Source: Lama glama (lineage: Eukaryota). From it: 64,000 nucleotides of DNA. Both the position numbers and the translations under genes were made by a program. Every line of letters starts with the position of its first letter. Position 1 is the first letter of the stretch. The stretch lies in contig CM052816.1 in assembly GCA_028534125.1 (NCBI GenBank), positions 73,038,001 through 73,102,000 of the forward strand. Direction: 5' to 3'. Below, one piece after another: positions 13,401-26,500 of this stretch. The notes beneath the pieces are model-generated. The model had not been told where the DNA came from, did no database searches, and was given only the letters and a program-made list of their open reading frames with translations.

Positions 13401-15654
13401 CAACTACTATAGACTCATTAAATAAAACAATAGTCATAGAGAACCTTATTAGAGTTTGCTAATAATCTGAACATAGGAGAAGATGATTAACTTAATGGGG
13501 AAAGCATTGCACAATACACGATGGAAATGTTTGGGAAATTTATTTTTTAATTGACAGTTTCAGACCCTATTACTTAAAGATGCATTCTGTAACAGAATTT
13601 GTTAGGCTTTTGTCATAAGAAGTGATCTTTAGGCAAATTAATAAATGACCCCATTAGAAGAGCATTTATGAATCTGCCTACAAAAGCAAGTGCTTTTAAA
13701 AATTACAGCCAGCTCATTAAAATAATGATGGCCAATTTAGAGTGCACTGAAGAGTTCTTCGTCACTTTGCAGTGATTCTGTGTGTCCCTGCCCTTGTGGG
13801 GACGTCCTTTTCTTCCTCCTGGGTTATTTAGGCAGAGCTGCTTTTGTTCTAAATGCGTATTGCATAACTGATTTCATAATGTCGTTCTCTGCCCTCTGTG
13901 GTCCTTGTTGCATAGGTAATCAGGGTTTTATTTAGAGGATTAATGCAACAGATAGGATGTTCATTTTTACACTATGAAATCTGAGCCTCCAGAGGGTTGA
14001 CTGTCCAAAAATTGTTGAGTTTCACGCAGCCTACAAAATAAGAGTTAACAAAACATATTGAAAGTGAACATAATTAAGCCAGTGAAGAGACATCATTGTT
14101 TCAACTATAACATCTTTTTTATATCATCTTGGACAATTCCAGTTTTTTGTCTTTGCATACTGTCTGCTATTATTTTAGACCTAGTGGGAAGGTTTTCTTT
14201 ATCTCTTCAAAGTTTGTGTATATTTGATAAATGGATTGATTTCACACATTAAACTTTATTTGGGGAGCATAGGTTACAGGGTTTTGATTCTAATCACGTA
14301 CTGAGGAATACTAGCTAGCTATGTGCCACACAAACCAACCAACCATAGAAAAAACAGAAGTGGGCCTTTAAGATATAATCTGTAATAACTGAGTAAGAAA
14401 TTTAGTTAGAAATTGGAATTTATACTAAATCTAAATCAATTTCTAATTAAATCTTTCTAATCCATAGAAGCATAAAAGTTAGCTTACGACTGTCTAGAGG
14501 TAACGTTTTAACTGCACTTACTCATATTTATGTCACCACCCATACATTCTTGTTCTCTATAAAATCATTTGTTAAATAAATAAATAAATTACTTTTTTGC
14601 TCTTAAAAACCATCTGTACTTTATATTTGAACTTGATTTTTTTTCTTGTATTATTTTGGTAAGGGCTTTGTACTAGACGTCATTATTTACACACTTTCAA
14701 CCCTTCGTCTTCAGCATTTTCAAACAGCTCTCACTCTCCACTTTCAAAAGGTTTCAGCAATAAAAGCATCCCTGGTCTGTTACAGAATTCTAATAGTGTT
14801 ATGAATGCAGACTGATATGCAAATCATCTTCAGTGTAAATCCATTTGCAGAAATAACACTGTAAATTTTTTGTCTTGAAGGTATCTATACAGAAAAAAAT
14901 TTGCCTCAAAAAATTCCCTTGTATGCATTCTTTCAAAATTCACATTGAAACCCTAAACCAATATGACCCAAATATTTATTGCCATGAATATTCATAAAAA
15001 GAAATCTCTTTGAATATGAGACACTCTCAGTTTTGATGGACTCAGGGTGGAGCACCGTCACAGTTGTCTTTCAGAATATGATTTGCCTCAAATGATGAAA
15101 GTTTTAGTTTTTAAAATAAAGCAGGAAGTAATGCTAAATGCAATATATTTGTTAATATTAAAATGTGTGGGTGTCAAAGGCAGAAAAATTTAATTAAAAC
15201 ACTTGTACTTTGAGAGAAGGGAGAAAGACAATCTACATTTTTAAAAGAGGAAAACAAAGAAATCAAATCCTGAATTAGATATTGAAATTATCAGAGAAAT
15301 ATTGGCCCACTTGTGATACAGAGAAAGCATTCAAAAAGTAATTTTAATTGTGTTTCAGTGATAGACTATGAACCGTAGGTATAAAATAATTATATAGCAA
15401 TTGCTCATCAATAATACTGACTGAAGATCGATATAGGTAGGGAAAAACATCCTATTAATTATCTGAGTACAAAGAGTTTTATAACTGGTGAAGGGAGTTC
15501 AGATCACAGTTAGTACAATACTTATATTAAGTAACTTACGGGGTTGTGTCTGTGGTTGTTAAACAGACTCACTTTTGTACTTTATGCAAGATATTTAACT
15601 TCACCAAGTCACAAAATTACAACTTAAGAATCTTTAAGAAGTATGAATGTCTAT

Positions 15655-15800
15655 GGGGAAGGATATAGCTCAGTGGTAGAGTGCATGCCTAGTATGTACA
15701 AGGTCCTGGGTTCAATCCCTGGTACCTCCATCAAGAATTTAAAAATTAAATAAATTAACAAACAAACCTAATTGCCTCCCCCCCAATTTTTTTTTTGAAG
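15655..15800 (+). mobile_element. tRNA-Ala-derived camelid SINE (vic-1 type)
   Basis: tRNA-like head ggggaaggatatagctcagtggtagagtgcatgcctagtatgtacaaggtcctgggttcaatccctggtacctcca with Pol III A box (tagctcagtgg) and B box (ggttcaatcc). This is followed by an A-rich spacer and 'aaacctaattgcctcccccc'. TSD gaagtatgaatgtcta (15638-15653) / gaagtattaatgttta (15801-15816), 14/16 identical. Confidence 0.9.
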
Positions 15801-16134
15801 GAAGTATTAATGTTTAATTTGCTTCAACCTACTTGTGAGCTACCAGTCACCTGGGTATCTACCATAGTTCAACCAACAGTACAAATGTATAAAGAAAAGG
15901 GATTTGGAATAAAAATTAGAGATACAACACTTAGCAGTTAAGACTGGAACTAAAATTTACTACAAGTTTATGGGAAACAGTCACTGCTGCTTAGAAGCAA
16001 AACCTAAAATATTTATTCTTGAGAGTTTTGCTTGAACAACCAGGAACTCTGCCCACAGAAAGAAACAGTTGCCTAGCTGACATCACTAGATTTGTGTCTC
16101 TGTCTCCTATCCAGTAAGAACTGAGGCAGGCAGG

Positions 16135-16330
16135 CAGTGAGGAACAAATACAGGGTATGGAATCACACAGACCTAGGTTGGATGGTAATTACGTCACGAA
16201 CTAGTTACATGTTCTTGGGTAAGTACCAAATCTATGGCTCTAGATTGCTTGTTTATAAAATAAAGATAATACCACCTACCCTACCAAGATTTTCGTGAGG
16301 GTAAATGAAATAATATACATAAATACAAAA
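16135..16330 (+). mobile_element. MIR SINE
   Basis: 'ggaatcacacagacctaggttgga...cttgggtaagtacc...tataaaataaagataataccacctacc...gtgagggtaaatgaaataatatacataaa'. Confidence 0.8.
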
Positions 16331-16588
16331 AGCTCAGAAATCATTTAGTCATAATGCCACAACAGACCAATCAGACTCAGATCATACATTGTATGATAAT
16401 TACTATTAAATTCACTCCTTACCTTCTTGAAAGGAAATTTATCGCCATACACATACACACACACACAGAGTTAAAAAATACAATGCCCTAAATATAATGC
16501 AAAAGAACTGTATTAAATACAATGCAAAATAAAAATGAACTATATTATAACATGTATTTTAATATTTAAATGCTCAACTGTGACTACC

Positions 16589-16716
16589 TGCCATGGACTG
16601 CATTGTGTACCCTGTCCTGTCCTAGCGAGGGGATATGACGAAGCCTAAATCCCTAACATGACGATATTTGAAGATTAGGTTTTTAGGAGGTAATTGAGGC
16701 TAAATGAAGTCATAGT
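16589..16716 (+). mobile_element. MaLR LTR (MLT1A-like) 5' fragment
   Basis: 'tgccatggactgcattgtgtaccc...gaagcctaaatccctaacatgacgatatttgaaga...ggaggtaattgaggctaaatgaagtcat'. Confidence 0.7.
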
Positions 16717-16774
16717 ATGACATCATCATTTATAGTAAGAAATATGTGTTTGTATAGATTGAATATGCAATATA

Positions 16775-18180
16775 TGAATGCATAATCTTCTCAATAGATT
16801 CAGAAGAATTATTTGACAAAATCCAATGTGCTTTCATGATAACAATACCCAATAAATCAGGAATAGAAGAGAACATCCTCAAACTAATAAGACCTTCTAT
16901 GACAAACCTGCAGCCAATATCATACCTAACGGTAAAAGGTTGAATGCTTTCCCTCTAGGATTGGGAACAAGATGAGGTGTCCACTCTTGCCACTTACATT
17001 AAACACTGTCTTGCAGATTCCAGCCAGAAAACAAAACAAAACAAAACAAAACAAAACAAAAAACAAGGTATCCTGATTGGAAAGGAGTAAGTAAAACCAT
17101 CCCTCTTTGAAAATGTCATGATCTTGCACATAGAAATCTATTTTAAAAAACCTATTATAACTAATGAATTCAACAAAGTTTCAGAATACAAGATCAGTGT
17201 ACCAAAACTGATACAAAAATCCACTGTATTTCTATACACTGGCAATGACTAATCTAGAAAAGAAATTGAAGAAACAACTCCATTTATAATAATATCAAAA
17301 AATACCTAGGGTTAAATTTAACAAAGTCACGGAAAACTTAATACACTGAAAACTATAATACATCACTGAAAGAAATGAAAGAAGTTTCAGATCAATGAAA
17401 AGATATTTCAAATTCATGGAATGGTAAAATTAATATTGTTGTACTAGTAAAACTCTCCAAGTTGATGTGCAGATTCAGCATGATCCCTGTCAAAACCCAC
17501 CTTCTTTTCTGCAGGAACTGACAAGCTGATCTGAAAACTTATGTAGACATACAATGAACCAAAAGAGCCAAAAAAATCTTGAAAAGGAAGAACAAAGTTG
17601 GAGTAGTCACACCTCCCAATTTCAAAACTTACTGCAAATCTACAGTAACCAACTCAGAGTAGTATTGGCAAGAGGATAAAAAGATAGATCAATGTGATAG
17701 AATTGCGAGTCCAGAAATAAACCTTTGCATTTATGGTCAATTGATTTTCCACAAGGGTGCCAAGGAAATTAATGCGGAAAGAATTGTCTTTTCAACCAAT
17801 AATGCTGGGACAACTGAACATCCACTTGCAAGAGAATGAAGTTGGATCCTTACCTTGCGCCATATCCAAAGAGTAAGTTAAAATGGATCATAGACTCATA
17901 TAAAAGAGCTAAAACTATTGAACTGTCAGAAGAAAATTTATGCATAAATCTTCATGCTCTAAGATTAGGCAACGTTTTTTTAGACACAACACAAAAAGCA
18001 CAAGTGACAAAGAAAAAAAACGGTAAATCAGACTTCATCACGTTAAAAACTTGTACATCGATGAACACCATCAAGAAAGTGAAAAGACCAGCCAAAAAAT
18101 AGGGGGCAATATTTGAAAATCATGTAACTGAGAAAGGCTTGGTATTCAGCATAAATATAGGACTCCCACAACTCAATGAT
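16775..18180 (+). mobile_element. Decayed L1M ORF2 fragment (RT domain to C-terminal region)
   Basis: Continuous similarity to L1 ORF2, e.g. 'tttgacaaaatccaa', 'gctttccctctaggattgggaacaag', 'ggtcaattgattttccacaagggtgccaag'. The ORF at 17836-18102 (MKLDPYLAPYPK...KWI...KTIELSEEN) is an L1 ORF2 peptide. Multiple stops and frameshifts. Confidence 0.92.
17028..17066. repeat. (AAAAC)n microsatellite within L1 ORF2
   Basis: Directly visible pentanucleotide repeat. Confidence 0.9.
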
Positions 18181-18779
18181 ATTAGAATTTCATCAGTGGG
18201 ACATATGTCTATTGTCTGAGATGAACAAAGAAAAGATCACAAAACACTGGTACTCAGATCAGGCGCTCAAGAATGGGGAGAGTGAGAAACACAGAGGAAA
18301 GGAAGATTTCAAGCAAGCTTGAAATCTATGCATTACTCATTGTCCATTTGGTCAACCTTTTACATAATTTGCTTGTACATTTCTAACTGATTGTCTCTTG
18401 AGGATGTTGGAAGTGGTACTCCATGGCATTGTATCCCTTATAATATTTGATCTATCAGATGCTTAGCATATTCAGTGACTGATTAGATAAGAAATATAGA
18501 GAGATAATTTGAATGCAACAAACACTTTTCATGTACACTGGGGTCTTTCAAAGTAATAAAAATTTTTGTTCAAATGATATTCATTTATAAAATATATTAC
18601 TTGCACATTGTAGAGTTTCTTCTGGCTTTATAGATCCTTTTTAACAAAGGCAATGATATTTTCTGAAACAAAAGCAGAAAATATGATCTGACATGTAGAA
18701 GAGAAAGGGATATTTTAAATTGAAGCTAACTTTGGATCTGAGCCAAATATTCAATCCAAAATAAATCAAAATTAAGGAA

Positions 18780-19016
18780 ACTTTGGTGCCACTGAGACCT
18801 GGCTTCTGGACTTGTTCACATCCTTATTAACTATTTTATCTTTGAGTAAGTTACTTAATTTTCCAATATCTCATTTTTCCAGTCTGCTAAGTAGAGAAAA
18901 TAATTTATTCAACTTCAAAGACTTGTGGTAAAAAATTAAAAGAGGAAATCCTACTATAGTGCATCAGACTGTGCTGGGTACAAAGAAAATGCTGAGCCAA
19001 TTTTAGCTGTATTATT
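18780..19016 (+). mobile_element. MIR SINE
   Basis: 'gagacctgg...ctttgagtaagttacttaattttcc...ctcatttttccagtctg...gtgctgggtacaaagaaaatgct...tagctgtattatt'. Confidence 0.75.
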
Positions 19017-22000
19017 GTGTAGTTAAAGGGTAAAATCACCTTCATTAAGAATGGGTTATCACAATAAGCCACTTGTAGACATATGAATAACAGAAAACGG
19101 CAACTTTAAACCTGCCTTTGGCGGATTACACTGATCATGTCTGGAAGTACCTTAGTTGAGAATCATGTCGTTTACCAAAAAATAAAATATCAGAGAAACA
19201 GTTGTACCCATGTGTGTAAATGCAGAAACTTTTCTGGCCATACATCATGTCCAGTCCTGAAAATGCGAGTTGACACACCATTTCCCCAATCGCTGGCCTT
19301 GTGACAGAAAAATCAACTAACCAAATATAAGGAAGGGATTTATCCCCCAAAGATTGTAAATAAGAAAACAGGAATGAGAACCAGGAGACAGCTTGAGCAA
19401 GAAGGGGCAGAGAAGTTTAGAGGAGGCTCTTAGTGCCCCCTAGTGTTACATCTCTTCTAGTGTTTTGTTTTGGTTTTTTAAATAGGTATTTTACCAAGGG
19501 AATCCAAAGTCTGAAGCAACTAAGCTTTGTTCAAATGATCCTTCATACTGGATTGCTTCAAAATCCAGTACACACAATTTTTTCTAAGACATAAAAGCCT
19601 TAAGCTCCAAAGGTGCACAAGTTGGTTATTTTACTAAAGAGAAGCCAAAGTACAAATAAGAGAAGACTTATGTCTAATAGAGGTAATCACATTCTGTATT
19701 TAAGTATGTTCATTAATTGAAGCAATCAGATCATCAGAATATGCACATTTTAGTGGACTATTTAAGCTTAAGCAACTCTAACTGAAGCAATTTAATGATT
19801 GAATTGAGTTAAAGTTCTTACCTAGGCTATTTTTAATGGAAATGCTGACATCCTTAATACAGAGATCTGCATACTTCTATCCTAGCGGTATACATAGCCT
19901 GCAGACAAGCCTCTCTAAAATGTGCTGAGTTAACTTCTCAGGTTTGGGGCTTTGTTTCACAAGGGCAGGACATTGGATTCATGACATTCAAGTGTTCTAA
20001 ATGATTGTAGATAACCACTGAACTAAATAACTACTTTTATTTTATAGTTATTAGTATAGGAGGAGTCTATAGGAGTTATGGAAATTAGAAATTACTTCTG
20101 TAGTTTAGTCAAAAAATATTCTGGTTTTTTGCTGATCAAACTTCAACGTCAAAAACTTTTTGTAAAAGTGGCAAATGGCAATTTAAACTATTTCAGAACA
20201 TGTATAACTACCTTAAGTAGAACTGAAATCGACCATCATAAAGAAATACTTAATTGGCTTCATTTCATCCTGACTAATGTTTCTGTCAATGTGATTATAT
20301 TAGAAAATATATTTATTCTTTGAAAATAAAACCATGTCTGATGTAAAGTTGGTCTTAACAAACCTTGAATTAAGATGTTTTATTGATTGATGGATTGATA
20401 TGGACCTTTCAAAATTCCAGGAAAAATACTTCTACTGGTTTTTAAAGTCTGTTTTTGTGTTCTACTGTTGCCATGATATGGATCATTCTCACATTCTCCT
20501 CCTTTTAAATTTCACCTCTAAAATGGGAGAGAGAAAGTGGTGAGCTGTCATTCAGAGAACTGGGCAATGAATTATGATTCATGACATGCTCAAGCCATAC
20601 TATATTTCTTCCCCATAATTTCCCAGCACAGTTAGTCATAGTGAACTGTACTTACCCTGCATGCTGACTCCTTTTCAAAACTCATTTTTATGAGACATCT
20701 AATGTCATTTTAATCTAGTCATTTTATACCCCTTGATTCAAGTGTAGAAGAATTTATGGTGGTGATTATATTTGATGAGTTTCCCCTGAGGAATGAGATC
20801 AATTAGTAAAGAGTGACAGTTTTTTCCAAAGAACAGACACTCAAATAATTGTTGTAGCTCAAAACACCCTTGCAAGAATGTTGACATATATACTGGAAAG
20901 AGTTATCAAAAGCAGGTGCTTGGACTCTTGAAAGTCCAAGTATATTTTTCCTCTGCTGGTCTGTATATTTAACATTTTTGCTTAAGCAATCCAACAGGTA
21001 CCATGGTGATTAGCTGTGCATGTTAACATGATTTTATATGAAGCTCCAAAATAAAATATCATAAAATATTTTCACAGTAAATGGGATCTACTAGGATGTA
21101 TTTTAAAGGATATTTTAAAGCAAAAAATATATGGATAAGATGAGACATTTTAGTAGATCAAGGACATAACAAATAATATGAAAAGAAAAGCAGATGGTAC
21201 ATACGGTGCCTTTAGTCAGTACAATGTAAGAATCAGAGGTTCCTATAGTGTAGGAAGAAGTCCAAATATTAAATACAGGCACAAAATTCTGTAATTTTTT
21301 TCTGTTTTGCTTGTTATCCCCTGATTCCTTTCCTAAAGAGCACAATGGATCATATAAATTAAACAAGCAGTCTTCACTCCCAAGGAAACACAAAAACACT
21401 GTTATATCAATTGGGACATGAAGTACCTAACCAGGTCACTGACATGAACTCATCATACAATCATCTAAGCACAACATGATTATGAAAGTCCAGGGTAGTA
21501 AGAAAATACGAAAATTTAAAAAATAGTAACACCCCCAAACAAGATATCTCTGGTTTGAGAATTGGAGACTCTTTCACCATTATTCACTAGTATGGAATAA
21601 ACACATTTGAGTGTCATTGAGTTTCAGTGAAAAACAACGAACATGTTTTCTCTACCCTTTAGATAGCTATAGCCCCGATCAGTCATCATCCACACGGTAA
21701 ACAGGCAATACGCAGGGAGTTTCCCGTACGGAGGGCCTGGCTCACATTCAGCTGGTGGTAACCCTGCAGGTCACTGGGGATGAGCCTGCAGGCCCTGGAG
21801 TAGGGCTCAGTCTCTTACCACCCAGAATCTTTGGCTTAGACATCACTTCGTTGTCACCTCATGTATTTCCCAGCCTAAATCTTTTGGACTCTGATCCTTG
21901 TACGTTTCTGGATCCCCAGTTGCTAATTTCTGTATCTTGCCTGCCTTGCCTCAGTGACTGTTTTTGCCAACTTAGTCCAGATCAATCTCGCTCACTGACC

Positions 22001-23476
22001 TACCTGCCTAGACTGTCCTATTGCTGAATAAATCCTGAATTACAATTAATGGAGCAGATCTAAATATCTCAAACTAAAAGATGAATATATTATCTACTAA
22101 TTATCTACTTTTAATTTCTACACACTATGTAGAGGTCATAACCAAAATGAGAGAAAGCCACCGAGTGTCAGGTTGGAGACTCAGCAGAGTCCAATCCGAT
22201 CTGGGGATTCCAGGTTTATCACTGAAAAACAAAACGTCAAGGAGGCTCAACTTTCCTAGCCATGGTGAACTTTGTGGCCATGCATGGAATCCTTTTGTTT
22301 TGTGTACTGAGTGAAGATATAAATTATAGATAAAAGTTTTACTTAGCACTTTGCACAGAGCTGGGAAGATAGCAAGGTCTCAATAAATAAATAATGAACG
22401 ATGGAGGGGAAAGAGAGGTAAAGAGGGAAAGAAATAATGAAGAAAGTAGAAAGGAAGTCGTGAACTGGACTAAGTCAAGTTGGACAGTTGGCAAACCACA
22501 AGCTCTTTTGGTAAAGAGGGGTCGCTGGTCATATACAACCCGTATCCACAAACCGCCTGCCAAGGGATACGAGGCAGTGCAAGCGAGGGTTACACCAAAT
22601 ACTGTGGAATCACAAATATTTATTAGCCAGCATGCAAAATAAAATAAAAACACAAACATACAATTTGCTTCAGTGAGGTCTGGAAAACTCTACTTTGTCC
22701 TCAGATAAGCCTTACCTTAGATGTTCACTCTGAGTTAGATGCAGAAATACTCTCTAGTAGATGTCCTCTTACCTGAGTCAGCAGGAGTCCTCCATGAGCT
22801 CTAGAATTTGCCTGACTTGTAAGCTTTATTCATGCAAGGTTGGCATCTGCACAGAATTGCTAGCCAAGCACGTTTTAAATATCACTCATTTTCATCAAAG
22901 AAAATTATTTTCTAACATATCTAATGCCAATTAACAAACCCCTTGATATAGATTTTGATACTTCTCTTTGAATGTCTCCAAAGTGTGGAATCTTGATGAA
23001 GGTATTTCAAATAACTAATTCAGTGCCCTTAAAGAATAAACCGATACTCTACCACACGCTCCAAATGTGTATTTCTGCTACAATGCTTACAGTGAAATGT
23101 TTCAAAGTAAATTGTCATATTGAAAGTAAAAATAGGAAGTAGGGGAAGAAGGAAGAATGTAGTAAAGGAAGGAAGGGAAAGAGAAAAGGGGAAAAAAGAC
23201 CCTCCAAGTACTCCTCTGACGTATTCACTGTTCCATCCACACTTTATTACTTGGCCCAAATAAATTTTTAGCATGACTTTGGATAATCTTTCTCTAGGAA
23301 TTCTCTTATCATCTACTCCCCCAAATAATATACTAATTTAGTTGCATGGTAATATTCTCATAAATTTTCTCATTAAAAAGTCAAATGCTTTGAAATTTCA
23401 GGGAAAAATCAATTACTCCCTTTACTTCTTCCTCACTCCCCCCAAAACTTTGCTTATTAATATTTAAGAAAGCGTA

Positions 23477-23507
23477 TCTCTCTGTGTGTGTGTGTGTGTG
23501 TGTGTGT
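23477..23507. repeat. (TC)3(TG)n microsatellite
   Basis: Directly visible. Confidence 0.95.
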
Positions 23508-26500
23508 ATTTTAAGTATAGCTGTGTTTTTGTTCTCTGGTTTATTCTAAGCCCCTTAGCTTTTTGGAATTCCTGGAGGGCCTAAGTAATGTAAGTTTTCT
23601 CAGTATGTATTTGATTAATTTAATTGAATTTAAAATGCCTTCCAGACCATGCTCCTCTATAACATCAATTTAAAATATTACTTTCCCATTTAAGTATGAA
23701 ATAAACTATTAGGTAATAAGAAAATGGCAGTGAGGAAAAATGATGATTCAAATGGGCATAGCAAGAGTTTAAGGAGCAGTTTCAAAGTGATAAGAGAAAG
23801 TAAAGCCAACAGTTTAAAATGATTGATAAGAACAAATCGCCATTCAAATCCAAGTTGAGAAATCTTCTCTAAAATGTCTATTTCATTAAGTGGCAAATTA
23901 ATTTCTTGGGACACTTTCCAACTTTTAAAATTTAAGCATAATAATTTCATGTATATTTTGCACTAAAGTATTCATTTTCTATCTCTCAATCTTAGGTATT
24001 TTAATAATTAAGTAATTTTCAAGTTCCAGTTTCCAACTTAGCTAGATTCCAGAAAAATCATAGACTTAGAGTTCCTGGTAGTTGTGAACCAAAGGGAAGA
24101 TTTTTTTTTCTTAATTTTATACTTGATGGAACATTTAATAGTGCTGAGATCATATTTTAAAATCTGCTTAACACTTCCTGATTCTTATTCACAGAATACT
24201 GTTATTATCCTCTGGATTCGAGGCAAGCTAAAAAATATATTTTTCTCCAAAGAAAAATTGATGGGTGTCCCTGCAGATGTGTTGCCAAATTGCCATTCTA
24301 CTAACCTAGAGGTAATTTGGGAGAGTGAAATCAGCAAGAAATATCTGATCATCACCATATTAAGAGCTAAAAACATGGCAGGAAGAAATTATATTTAATA
24401 AGGTTCTTATAGTATCTTTCCCCATTTTGAGACCTTCATGCTGTCCCTTCCTGGGTGATATGTGTCTTAAGATTTCTTAACTTCATTTTACTGTAAAACA
24501 AAACAAAACAAGCCCCTGTTTTGTGCTTTACTCCTTGTGTGTTTGCTCTCTATATTTAATGGTGACAAACTAACACATGCTCTTATTTCTGTGATTAATA
24601 AAAATCAACCATCTCCTGTATCAGGTGGATTTGCCTTTTACCAGGGAATTCTAATGACAAACAGGTTCATAGTTCCGTCCCTGAACCTTTATTCTCTCGA
24701 GAATGGGACGCAAGTGGAGAAGGAAACCTTAAATCATTCTACTTAGCCACATGCCCACTTTGTCAACTCCTAGCTATGATCCTCTGGGTATTAGGTACAT
24801 GGTTAAAAAGAAATAAAAGTGATGCCTTATAAACTCAGTTATGCAATGGAAATGTCAAATATAAAAGAGAAGAGTTAAACAAATTATCGTATGCTGTGGA
24901 ATCTGGAATAGATTGACAACAATGCCCTTCAAGCATTTATATATTTGCGTTGCTTTGATATTTGCCCACGTCTGCCATGCTTTGTTATATCTAAAACAAT
25001 GCAAGTGGCTTAAGCTGTTTGATACTGAATATGACTTATTTATAGCAGCAACCTCATATTTAAACAAAAAATGGGAGAAAACTTCTGTGTTTAGCATTAG
25101 CCACTGAGAAATTGTGTTTGACGCAGTGTTCTTCACTACCAATTAACTCAACACCTGTCATCAATTAGAAAAGACTTAGTTACAGTTTAAAACAGATTTC
25201 TTTCTCTTTCATATTAGAATAATTTATCTCTAATAAGGCTGGCAGAGTCTATAGTAAATTTATTCAAGGCAATTTGCGTCAGCACGTCTTTGTTGAAAGT
25301 CAATCCTACTAAAAATGAATCAACAAATTAGTGAAATTAGTTACAAGCACAAATAACTGCAAGCAAATAATATGCATCAATGTCACACTTAATCAATCCT
25401 AGATTCAAATGAGCAATAGCTCTTCCTCAAGATACTTTGATTCTATAAATGAAGATCTTGCTGGGCTACATTTACATGTATTGCTTTCTTTATAATGAAA
25501 ATCTACTTAGCTAATCAAATTTAGAGTTCAAATTATATAGAACTGTAATATAATACCAAAAGTTTATTAAACTAACATTTTATTTATATTAATTTTTTTA
25601 AAAATTAAGGTGAATAAAAAAGTACTGTGAAGATTCATAGGATTGATCAATACATACACTGGTTAAAAATGTACCAAAATGAAAATTAGAAATACATTAA
25701 AAATGGAAATGACCATCATGGTATTGGGACAATAATTTTAAGGTTTTGATATTAGCACTCACAATCATAAAATTCATTATCTTGTAAACACTGAAATGTG
25801 CTAAGGGAGTTGAAGGTAATTTGATAAGTTTAGGCATCTTTTTATGAATAAGTTCTAAGATTCCTTTGAATATGATTTTTAAGTAGGTTACTTTTTCACC
25901 TCAGCACCTGTCATGATTTTTTATTTTTCTATATCTCAGGAAGAGAGTTCCACTTTGGAAATGGGGATAGATCGTGTAATAGCATTTATTTATTATGGAA
26001 ACATTTTAACCAACTCAAAGATCTCCGTAAACTGAAAGCACCTTGTTCTGTAATGCCACTGGCTCTCTACCCCCTTCAGTTACAGAACACTTTCTTCCTC
26101 TAACTGCCAAGTGTCCTTATTCTGCTCCCTCCCTGCTCAGAGGTTCCGAGGAATCACCCTTAAGAATGTGCATCCCCTTTGTGCACCCTACGTTCTATTG
26201 AGATGTTTCCAGCTGGCCCCAGCAAAGCCCCTGACTTCTGCTTAATCCAAATAAACATGATTAAATACTCCATCTAAGTGTGATACTGATGCTCTTAGGT
26301 GTGTTAATATATGCAATTTAGCTACTGCTGGCTGGAGATAGTGCTATCGAAAACAGTGTCCCTAATGTTGGAATTTCTGCATAAAGTTATATTTAACCAA
26401 ATCTTTCAATGGTTATCCCATTTCACAAAAAAATGCATCCATGCTTAAGCCACCAACACAAAGGACTACCAATGATATGTTTTCGATCCCCACTATAATG

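Noticed and set aside
12952..13437. 161-aa minus-strand ORF
   Set aside because: Mostly overlaps an L2 3' fragment; no credible protein.
15655..15730. Functional tRNA-Ala gene
   Set aside because: The anticodon arm is degenerate, and the tRNA-like head is followed by a SINE body and flanked by a TSD.
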